Source of the DNA: a virus
Strand: one strand, 5' to 3'
Virus record (IMG/VR): IMGVR_UViG_3300047089_000152
Coordinates: 40,151 to 104,150 of that record
Length of the DNA: 64,000 bases
Below the pieces are notes generated by a model. That model was not told where the DNA came from. It did no database searches and saw only the letters and a program-made list of their open reading frames with translations. Positions 56,284 to 64,000 of this stretch are shown one piece after another. The translations under genes and the position numbers were made by a program. The number at the start of each line of letters is the position of its first letter. Within the stretch, counting starts at the first letter, position 1.

Positions 56284-56667
56284 TCACCGGCTGAGACGGT
56301 CGCGACGGGCTCGCTGGTAATCACGGCGCTTCGCCTTACATAGTCCACAGCGGCAGTTACGTTTGCCTGTCTTTCCGCCGCCGTGTGCTACCGCCCTGTT
56401 TTCCCCGGTCTCGGCAGATTTCTCCTGGTGACAGGGCCTGCATAGAAGCTGACACTTGTCTACTTCCGTCAGGAACCTGACCAGGGACCAGTTAGTCGAC
56501 TCGGAGATTTTCCTTATCTTGCTACCAGGAATCACATGATCAAAGTCCAGATCCTCGCTGCTACCGCAGCGAGCGCACTGGCCACCCAGACGCTCCCGTG
56601 CCAGAGCTAGTCTTTCTGTACATCGCCGGCGCTGATACTCACGGTGCCACTCCACACTCATGGCCAT
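56284..56667 (-). CDS. HNH endonuclease directly downstream of the tRNA
   Basis: CARCG...LDFDHVIP...KCQLLCRPCH. Confidence 0.88.
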   Translation of the reverse strand: MAMSVEWHREYQRRRCTERLALARERLGGQCARCGSSEDLDFDHVIPGSKIRKISESTNWSLVRFLTEVDKCQLLCRPCHQEKSAETGENRAVAHGGGKTGKRNCRCGLCKAKRRDYQRARRDRLSR

Positions 56668-56669
56668 AG

Positions 56670-56743
56670 TAGCGGAGACGGGATTTGAACCCGTGTCCCA
56701 GGATTATGAGCCCTGGATGGTGACCGAACTCCAACACTCCGCA
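56670..56743 (-). tRNA. tRNA-Met(CAT), initiator-like; no encoded CCA
   Basis: cloverleaf: acceptor GCGGAG/CTCCGC with U1:U72 mismatch, anticodon arm CAGGG-CTCATAA-TCCTG, T arm ACGGG-TTCAAAT-CCCGT; TACAGT -10 box upstream. Confidence 0.9.
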
Positions 56744-56854
56744 CGGCCACTGTAGCGCAGGACGTCATAAACCACAAGGGGGGTTGGAGCGTGCCCGGCA
56801 CCCGACGCACGGCGCGAACCGGGCACATCTCCGCGGTCAGCGTATCATGGCCGG

Positions 56855-57091
56855 GTGGCAGGGAAGAGGGTAGTGATCAGTGTCCGTGTTTCTGAGGCTG
56901 AGGCTGAGGCTATCGACGGTGTCCGTGGCGGTCTGGGTCGTGCGGCGTGGGTTGAGACTGTTGTGGAGGCGGCGTTGCGGCAGGGTGAGACGGCGAAGAA
57001 GAAGGTGAAGCGGGACGCTGATGCGTGTCCGCACCCGCGGGGCCGGGTGATCAAGGGGTTCTGTTACCGTTGTGGCGGGCCAGCTACCTGA
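56855..57091 (+). CDS. ribbon-helix-helix DNA-binding protein; leaderless
   Basis: VISVRVSEAEAEAID...RAAWV; TATCAT + 6 nt + GTG. Confidence 0.7.
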   Translation: MAGKRVVISVRVSEAEAEAIDGVRGGLGRAAWVETVVEAALRQGETAKKKVKRDADACPHPRGRVIKGFCYRCGGPAT

Positions 57092-57407
57092 CCGGGTGCC
57101 GGTCACCTACCAGTGCTGCAAGTGCGGGGCTGCGTTCATTGTGTGGCAGGGTGACGGCGAACCGGACGAAGACATCTGTCTATGCTGGGGTTGCATCGAC
57201 AGGTTGCTTCCGCCACGTTAGGGCTTTGCGAATCCGGGTGTTCTCCTTTCCGCCCGGGCGGAACCCCGGGGATACCACCGTGCAGGAGCCGGGTATACAG
57301 AGGCCCGGTAGGACGCTTGATGTTGGCGCACCACGTCCCGTGCACCACGCGGCAGGTCTCCGGGTTATCCGCTTGCCCCCCTCGGACGCTAGTGGTACAG
57401 TAAGCGT

Positions 57408-57638
57408 ATGAGCTACTTGTGTGACAGTTACTGCTCGCACGGTGGCCGGTGCGAGGGCATGCCCGGCCACGACGGTGCCCACGACAGCGGGTACTGCACC
57501 TGGGCTGACGCTGAGGCGCTGACCAGGGAAGCCGCTGACAAGGTGCTGCGGCGCAGCCCGGCAGGCGCTGAATACCTGGACATATTGCAGCCCCTCGCGG
57601 ACGAGATCGAAGCCAGCCTGGAACAAGGATCGGAGTAG
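57408..57638 (+). CDS. small Cys/His protein; leaderless
   Basis: TGGTACAGT + 6 nt + ATG. Confidence 0.65.
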   Translation: MSYLCDSYCSHGGRCEGMPGHDGAHDSGYCTWADAEALTREAADKVLRRSPAGAEYLDILQPLADEIEASLEQGSE

Positions 57639-57642
57639 AGGC

Positions 57643-58056
57643 ATGTGTAACCCGGTTTCGACCCTGCACCCTGACATGCTGCTCGACAAGGGCACCCATC
57701 TGGGCTACGAGTTTGAAGTCACGTCGAACCGGCTGGGGTACCGGTGCGGTTATGTCCGCGTCCCGGCCGGGCATCCGTGGCACGGTAAGGGCTACGACGA
57801 TGTCGAGCCGTACCCGGAGGTGCACGGCGGGCTGACGTTCGCCGATGCGGACATGGACTGCGGGAAGGGCGGTGAAGATTCCGCGTGGTGGTTCGGTTTC
57901 GACTGCGCACACCACATGGACGCCCCGGACCCGAACCTGCCCGGCTACAGCAAGCATTACATGTCCGAGCTGCACGCGTTCGGCACGGTCAAGACCACAG
58001 AGTACGTCGCCGCTGAATGCCGTCGTCTGGCTGAGCAGGCAGCGTCGGCCGCGTGA
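57643..58056 (+). CDS. conserved phage protein
   Basis: CGYV..P..HPW...VHGGLTF...WWFGFDCAH. Confidence 0.8.
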   Translation: MCNPVSTLHPDMLLDKGTHLGYEFEVTSNRLGYRCGYVRVPAGHPWHGKGYDDVEPYPEVHGGLTFADADMDCGKGGEDSAWWFGFDCAHHMDAPDPNLPGYSKHYMSELHAFGTVKTTEYVAAECRRLAEQAASAA

Positions 58057-58674
58057 ACGAACGTTCCAGGCTGCTGGTACAGCTGACGGTCGCGTCGGTC
58101 GTTATCATGGGTCTCGTTCTGGTTTTCCTGCTGCTGCTGGGCGGGGTTATCTGAACGGTTTCGGGTTTGATCACCCGGGTGTCCGGCGATTGCCTGTAGG
58201 AGCCGTCCTGCCATAACGGATCGGGGCAACAGGAAACAGACCGTCACAATTGAAGGGAGTACCGCTATGAGGAAGCAGGTCCTGCCGGGCAGGTAACGCC
58301 TAGCAGGAAGGGAGGTGAACCCTCCCGATGCCACCGCACAAGGGCGGTAAGAAGAACCGCAAGTGGGGCCGCAACCGCGTCAAATGCGCACGGTACGCCG
58401 CTGAGCACCGCCGGACCCGTAACAACCCGGCGCGTACCCGCCGCGAGAAAGAGCGCACCCCGCACTAACGAGGTGAGCACGATGGATACCGCACATGAGG
58501 GGACGGGAGCCCTGGTCCGCCGGGGCTACCCGCCGTGCCCGCTTGGCTGGGCGTGCAAATATTTCAGCACCGTGCACAGCGACGCGCTCATCCGAGACAT
58601 ACTGGAGTCGCTGTGCGTACGTGATGGTCTGTCCCTCCAAAGCACGGCTGAACCGGGTGATCCCGCTAGGAACT

Positions 58675-59100
58675 ATGAACTCGCTCAACGCCTCGGCATC
58701 GGTCACGTATTCGGCTTGCCCCGTGCCGGGTTACAGCATCAGCGACGGGTGGCTATTGTATGTCGGGCGGCTGGGCGGTAAGGATGTCACTGTCGTCGGG
58801 GATGTGAGCCACGTAGAGATCACTATCGCATCGGGTGGTTTCCCCTATACCCAGAACAACATGTACGTCAACGCCACCATGATCCCGGCCGGGCAAGGTG
58901 CACTGTTGTGGGACACCACCGATAGCGATGACAGCGCTGGGCGGGCTTTGTGGGAGAGGGTCAGGGACTGGACTGACCGCCGGAAGGAACGCAAGGTGCC
59001 TGTCGAACTCCAGGCGCTGCTGGACCTCGCCCGGCGGCACCAGGCCGAGTACGATGATCTGCGTGAGAAGCTGGCTATCCTGCGCGCCTTGGGGGGATAA
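58675..59100 (+). CDS. hypothetical protein
   Basis: ORF; start uncertain. Confidence 0.5.
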   Translation: MNSLNASASVTYSACPVPGYSISDGWLLYVGRLGGKDVTVVGDVSHVEITIASGGFPYTQNNMYVNATMIPAGQGALLWDTTDSDDSAGRALWERVRDWTDRRKERKVPVELQALLDLARRHQAEYDDLREKLAILRALGG

Positions 59101-59203
59101 CAGGCCCCGGTGCTCACATTGTCACGGTTTGCTTGTCAACGGGAGATGCCCGATGGGGCATCCTCAGTACTACACACCGCCGTCCGGGCGTTAAACGGCT
59201 GAT

Positions 59204-59404
59204 ATGCCACGACATGACTGGAACACGAACTCAGCCCATTCTCAGAAGCCGCACCACAAGCGGATGCATTCCCCCGCCCGGGGTAAGGGCGGGGACAGGA
59301 AACTGAAAGCGGTCAAGCGGGGGCTGCCTGAACTGGCCAGGAAGTTCGACGGGCCGCACCGCCGTGACAGGACGGAAACTGACAGCCAGGGGCAGCGCGG
59401 GTGA
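59204..59404 (+). CDS. small basic protein
   Basis: ORF only. Confidence 0.4.
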   Translation: MPRHDWNTNSAHSQKPHHKRMHSPARGKGGDRKLKAVKRGLPELARKFDGPHRRDRTETDSQGQRG

Positions 59405-59428
59405 GTACGCGCGGGTTACGATGCTGTC

Positions 59429-60544
59429 ATGGGACTGATACCTGCCGCTGCTTTCCCCCTGTCAACGTCGGGGGCTCATATCGTCGGTGCTGACTCGGTG
59501 AACTACCGGCTCGCCGGGGTGAACTGGGAGGGTGCGCACCAGGACAACCGTGTCGCGGGTGGGCTGGACAAGCTACCCCGGTCTGAGATAATCTCCCGGA
59601 TCGTGTCGTGGGGGATGAACCATGTCCGGTTCCCGTTCTCCACCGGGATGATCAACAACAGCAACGGCACCCCTTACACCACGCCGGTACCGTTGTCCCG
59701 GGTCGCGGCCAACCCGGACCTGGTCGGGCTGACCCCGTGGGAGGCGTATCAGCAGATTGTCGCGGACATGACCGCGGCCGGGTTGTATGTCATCCCCAAC
59801 AAGCACCTCAACTACCCGGGGTGGTGCTGCTCGGACGTCGACGTGAACGGGTTCTGGTACAACGACAACTGGCCCAGTTCGGTGTTCCTGAACACGTGGT
59901 CGCAGGTCGCGTCGGCGTTTGCTGGTAACCCGATGGTCGGCTACGACATTCACAACGAGCCCCGCAGCGCGGTTATCAGCGGGGTCACCCGGCAGCCGTC
60001 GTGGGGTGACGGCAACGGCCTGACCGATTTCCGGCAGATGTACCAGACCACCATGGGCAGGATCCGGGCGGCTGACCCGGACTGCCTGGTTTTCTGCGAG
60101 GGCCTGTCTTACGCGGGGGACCTGACCGGCTGGGCGTCGCACCCGGTCACCGGGGCGAATATTGTCGCGTCGATGCACGACTATGCGTGGTTCCACCCGT
60201 CGGGGCAGTCGCGGACGGCTTATTACAACCAGATGGACACTAGCGGCGGGTACCTCGTGCAGAACGGCACGGTCCCGTTGTGGATCGGGGAGTTCGGCCA
60301 GAACATGGACACCCGCGCCGCGATGACGACCGGGTGGATCGCGAACTTCATGTCCTACGCCGGGGCGCGGAACCTGAACTGGTGCTGGTGGTCGCTGTCC
60401 GCGCAGGCTGTGAAGGGCACCGAGCCGGGTACGAACGTGGTGAAGGTGCTGGACGGGAGCCGTGAGGGTTTCGGGCTGATGTGCGGGCAGGACTGGGAGG
60501 GGTCTAACAGCGAGATGATCGGCCTGCTCCAGACCATCATGTAA
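59429..60544 (+). CDS. GH5 glycoside hydrolase (cellulase/endoglycoceramidase-like); leaderless
   Basis: GVNW, NHVRFP, HNEP (acid/base Glu), HDY, WIGEFG (nucleophile), WWS; TACGAT + 6 nt + ATG. Confidence 0.9.
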   Translation: MGLIPAAAFPLSTSGAHIVGADSVNYRLAGVNWEGAHQDNRVAGGLDKLPRSEIISRIVSWGMNHVRFPFSTGMINNSNGTPYTTPVPLSRVAANPDLVGLTPWEAYQQIVADMTAAGLYVIPNKHLNYPGWCCSDVDVNGFWYNDNWPSSVFLNTWSQVASAFAGNPMVGYDIHNEPRSAVISGVTRQPSWGDGNGLTDFRQMYQTTMGRIRAADPDCLVFCEGLSYAGDLTGWASHPVTGANIVASMHDYAWFHPSGQSRTAYYNQMDTSGGYLVQNGTVPLWIGEFGQNMDTRAAMTTGWIANFMSYAGARNLNWCWWSLSAQAVKGTEPGTNVVKVLDGSREGFGLMCGQDWEGSNSEMIGLLQTIM

Positions 60545-60567
60545 GACACCCGTGGTACACTAAGGGT

Positions 60568-60708
60568 ATGACATGCCTTAAATGTTCGTGTGGTAAGACG
60601 ATCACCCGCCGCGAGAACAAGCTGAACGCCGGGCTGTGTAACAAATGCTTCGAGCAGGCGCTAAGAGTCACGGCCCGGGAAGTCGCGAAGCGGCTGGGTA
60701 AGAAGTGA
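60568..60708 (+). CDS. 46-aa zinc-finger protein; leaderless
   Basis: TGGTACACT + 6 nt + ATG; CSCG...CNKC. Confidence 0.6.
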   Translation: MTCLKCSCGKTITRRENKLNAGLCNKCFEQALRVTAREVAKRLGKK

Positions 60709-60820
60709 ACTGTCCCGAGTGCGGCAGCAGCAAAACCGGGTGCTACAAGACCATCCGGCATAAGCACGGCTACGCGCACTACTGGCGGTGCGACACGTGC
60801 GGGGCCGGATGGCAGACAGG

Positions 60821-61318
60821 ATGACGAACGTGACCAAAGCTGTCCTGTGGGACCTGGATTCCACGATCTGCAACACCAGGCACCGGCAGCCGATGATCCC
60901 CGCGATCCGCGCCAAGGCAGGGCCCACGTGGGAGGATTACTCCAGGGCCTGCACGGATGACACGCCCGTCGAAGGGACCATCGCGCTGGTCCGGCTGCTG
61001 GACAGCATGGACCCCTTGGCCGCTGTCCGGCAGTACGCCGTGTCCGGCCGCAGCGAATGCGCCCGGGACGCGACCCTGGAATGGTTCAAACGCCACCAGG
61101 TCCCCATCGACGACGTGTTCCTCCGCCCGGACGGGGACCACACCCCCAACGGCCGGTACAAGGTCGGTGTCATCCGGCGGCTCCGCGAATCCGGCATCGA
61201 CGTCGTGCTGCTTGTCGAAGACTGGAAGCAGACCGCGGATTACATCCGCGAGAAGACCGGGGTGCCCGTCCTGCTCGTCCAGGGCGACTACGACCCCGAA
61301 GCGGGGGATAACCCGTGA
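60821..61318 (+). CDS. HAD-family phosphatase (polynucleotide kinase/phosphatase-like)
   Basis: WDLDST, SGR, K, VED motifs. Confidence 0.85.
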   Translation: MTNVTKAVLWDLDSTICNTRHRQPMIPAIRAKAGPTWEDYSRACTDDTPVEGTIALVRLLDSMDPLAAVRQYAVSGRSECARDATLEWFKRHQVPIDDVFLRPDGDHTPNGRYKVGVIRRLRESGIDVVLLVEDWKQTADYIREKTGVPVLLVQGDYDPEAGDNP

Positions 61319-61522
61319 AGCGCACCTGGAAGCCTAAACGCAGCCGCCGCCTGTGGTTCCCGTTCCGCGTCAAACTTGACCCGCCCGGGGCGTGGTCCAG
61401 GCGTTCACGCCGGCAGAAGCGGAACAAGCCGGAGGCCCCGGGATGAGGAACCTGCTGACCACGATCAACTGTGCCGCGCTCGTCCCGGTCACGAACCTGC
61501 GCGGCGGGAAAGGAAAAGGACG

Positions 61523-61867
61523 ATGAGCGCCCTACTCGAATACGCTGGTGTCCCCGCAACGCGATGCGACGCCAGCGGCACCCACAACCCGCGCCCGCTC
61601 CGGTTCGTGTGGCATCACGTGCAACCCCACGAAGCCGGCGGCCCCACCGTCCCCGCTAATCTGGTACAGGTCTGCGACTCGTGTCACTACACCATCCACC
61701 GGATCCTGTGGGTCATGGCGCAGATCGCGTTGCAGAAACCCGTCACCGATGTGCAGCGCGCATACATCACCAACCCGCCCCGGCAGGCGCAGCTCGCCCT
61801 GGCATCCAAAGGTTACGACGCGTGCGTCGCCGCGGGTACCATCGCGCAGATACCCAACGAAGGATGA
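61523..61867 (+). CDS. HNH-motif protein
   Basis: HHVQPHEAGG...NLVQVCDSCHYTIH. Confidence 0.75.
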   Translation: MSALLEYAGVPATRCDASGTHNPRPLRFVWHHVQPHEAGGPTVPANLVQVCDSCHYTIHRILWVMAQIALQKPVTDVQRAYITNPPRQAQLALASKGYDACVAAGTIAQIPNEG

Positions 61868-62298
61868 GGATCCTGGTGACCGGGTCCAGGGACTGGCCTG
61901 CCGGGTTCCTGTCCTGGTCCAAGATCGCCATAAAGATCACCGAAGCGGCCGGTGACACGCCCCGCAGCACGGTCACCGTCGTGCACGGCGCGGCCCGCGG
62001 GGTCGACACGTACGCCCATCAGGCCGCGACCGTCCTAGGGTTCACCACCGAACCCCACCACGCCGACTGGGACGCACCGTGCCAACCGGAATGTGACCAC
62101 GGCGGACGCAGGCAACGCAAAGACGGACGCACCTACTGTCCCGCCGCGGGTAACTACCGGAACCAGGAAATGGTCGACGCAGGGGCAGACGTGTGCCTCG
62201 CGTTTTACATCCCCGGCCTGCCCTGCGTCGGGACCAGCGACTGCGACCGGCGGGCCACCGAAGCGGGTATCCCCGTCGTCAGGATCGGGAAGACGTGA
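61864..62298 (+). CDS. YspA/SLOG-family (DUF2493-like) protein
   Basis: RILVTGSRDW, VHGAARGVD, AGNYRNQEMVD, GT. Confidence 0.85.
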   Translation: MRILVTGSRDWPAGFLSWSKIAIKITEAAGDTPRSTVTVVHGAARGVDTYAHQAATVLGFTTEPHHADWDAPCQPECDHGGRRQRKDGRTYCPAAGNYRNQEMVDAGADVCLAFYIPGLPCVGTSDCDRRATEAGIPVVRIGKT

Positions 62299-62419
62299 GC
62301 TGCTTCAAGGAGTACTGCCGGTGTCTGTGCGAGAAGTGCCTCCGCGCCCGGCAACGTAAACCCCGGTCCCGGCACTGCAAAATCCACTCCAACAACTGCC
62401 ACCTGAACTGCGGGAAATA

Positions 62420-62611
62420 ATGAACCTCAACGACGAAGACCGACGCTGGCTGGACAAGGCCGGACGGAAACACCGCGCGCAGCAGGCAGACGCCCGCCGC
62501 GGCCTGTACACCATGCGGAGGGGACTGTCCGCGTACTGCGCCTGCTGCTCATGCGTCAAACGGTACTGCAACTGCACCAGGTGCAGCTGCGGATGCGAAC
62601 GGCGACGGTGA
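62420..62611 (+). CDS. small Cys-rich protein
   Basis: metallothionein-like CxC tail. Confidence 0.5.
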   Translation: MNLNDEDRRWLDKAGRKHRAQQADARRGLYTMRRGLSAYCACCSCVKRYCNCTRCSCGCERRR

Positions 62612-62615
62612 CAGC

Positions 62616-62798
62616 GTGGACGCCCACGAGAAACGCCTCACCGACAAGTACAACAAGGCCGTCGACCGGCTCAACCAGGTCAGGAAAGGCGATCCGGCGC
62701 ACATCCCCGCCGCCGCCGCGGTCAGCGCCACGCTCCGCGCCCTGCGGAAATACCAGGCCGACAAGAAAAAATTCGATGCCACCAGGAAGTCCCGCTAA
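62616..62798 (+). CDS. small basic protein
   Basis: ORF only. Confidence 0.5.
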   Translation: MDAHEKRLTDKYNKAVDRLNQVRKGDPAHIPAAAAVSATLRALRKYQADKKKFDATRKSR

Positions 62799-62962
62799 CC
62801 GGAGGGTCGCGGTTCATCACTTTCTTACCGGCCCGTGGGCGAACCTAACTCACCCCAGGTCACAGCGACACACCTAAACGGAGGCTCACCCGTGAGAGGC
62901 TGCGGGAAACACTGCGACCGGTCCATCCCCTACCACTGCCCCCACACCTGCTGCCACGGAAA

Positions 62963-63220
62963 ATGACACTAGGCACCGTCGTCATCGCAGGCCGCACTTA
63001 CCAGGTCACCGGCCTGCGGCTCCACGGCGGGAAAATCCGTATCACCGCCCACGGACTCGGCCCAGCACCAGCAGTCACCGGCCAGCCCGCCACCATATTC
63101 GGCGACGACGGCATTGGCGTCTGCCAATCCTGGGACTGCAACCTCCCCGGACTAGCCGAAGACGAATGCGTCCACATCGACCTCCCCATCCAAATCGCCC
63201 ACCTGGAAGTAGTACCGTGA
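62963..63220 (+). CDS. hypothetical protein
   Basis: ORF, coupled to the next gene. Confidence 0.55.
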   Translation: MTLGTVVIAGRTYQVTGLRLHGGKIRITAHGLGPAPAVTGQPATIFGDDGIGVCQSWDCNLPGLAEDECVHIDLPIQIAHLEVVP

Positions 63221-63543
63221 CCTGCGACTGCCCCGACCCTGTCGTATTCGGCTGCCACTGCGCACCACTCACCTTCAACACCGGGGAAACCTTCACCATC
63301 AGTGGCGGCTGCGGATACATCAACGACGCCGGCTACCACGTCACCTACGACAGCCGCGCCAGCCGCTACACCGCCACCCCGATTCCGATCCCGATCCCAA
63401 TCCAGTTCAGCTACGGCAACGCCACCCTCTACATCAACAACCAGGAAATCGGCGTCACCACCGGCCCCATCCAAATCCAGTACACCCGATGCGAATCCGG
63501 CACCGACGTGTACGGCAACGTAATCGAAGCACACGGCCTCTGA
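63217..63543 (+). CDS. hypothetical protein
   Basis: GTGA overlap start; TCDCPDP..FGCH resembles the start of the following ORF. Confidence 0.5.
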   Translation: MTCDCPDPVVFGCHCAPLTFNTGETFTISGGCGYINDAGYHVTYDSRASRYTATPIPIPIPIQFSYGNATLYINNQEIGVTTGPIQIQYTRCESGTDVYGNVIEAHGL

Positions 63544-64000
63544 CCATGACCTGCTACTGCCACGACCCCCTCGTCTTCGGCCACCTGTTCTGCGCACACT
63601 GGGAAACCCAACCCAAAACCGCCAACCCCCTCACAACATACTGGCGTCCCCCAGACTTCCACCAAGCCGCCACAGCCGCCCGGGCCTTCCACAACCTAGC
63701 CCAAGCCCTCCGAACCCCCCCAAAGCCGCCACAACCCCCTGCAACCCCCCCAGAACGGAGACAACCACCCCCATGTGCGTCAGAACCCGCTGCAACCTAA
63801 CCTACTGCGGCTGCGGCTGCCCAGACTGCCTCACAGCACGCCGCAACCGCCGCACCATGTCACACAAACACTGCCGACGCCACACCAAAGACTGCCACTG
63901 GAACCGAGGCGCAACATGACCCCCGAACAAAAAGCACTCGACGCGAAACTCTGGTGGACCACCGTCAGACCCTGGCTCGCCCAAATCACCGGCTCCTGGC

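Noticed and set aside
1-64000. Integrase, replication genes, reverse transcriptase/DGR, IS elements
   Set aside because: No recognisable motifs in this window, so lifestyle and the guide-acquisition machinery cannot be determined

Overview
This is a 64 kb stretch of a high-GC, HK97-type siphovirus or prophage, probably infecting an actinobacterium. The minus strand carries the virion operon: terminase, portal, prohead protease, capsid, head-tail, major tail, tail chaperones, tape measure, minor tail and lysis-type genes. A large glycosyltransferase/methyltransferase/radical-SAM island interrupts it. The plus-strand flanks hold small accessory genes, a DNA methyltransferase and a GH5 hydrolase; an initiator-like tRNA-Met(CAT) and HNH nucleases are also present. 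The standout feature is a candidate RNA-guided system. A stand-alone Cas7/RAMP-like gene (3371-4036) and a partner gene are followed by a 1.3 kb non-coding array of GGH-NN pentamers, divided into about 21 units by GGCAG+4-nt delimiters. Six mini-arrays with the same grammar lie elsewhere, five of them behind a -10 box. Decoded by hand, the variable NN dinucleotides of five mini-arrays are antisense to codon positions 1-2 of the neighbouring gene and skip the wobble base. Each match has a few, often conservative, mismatches, as if it specified the homologous allele of a competing phage. All alignments and family calls were made by eye, without database searches.
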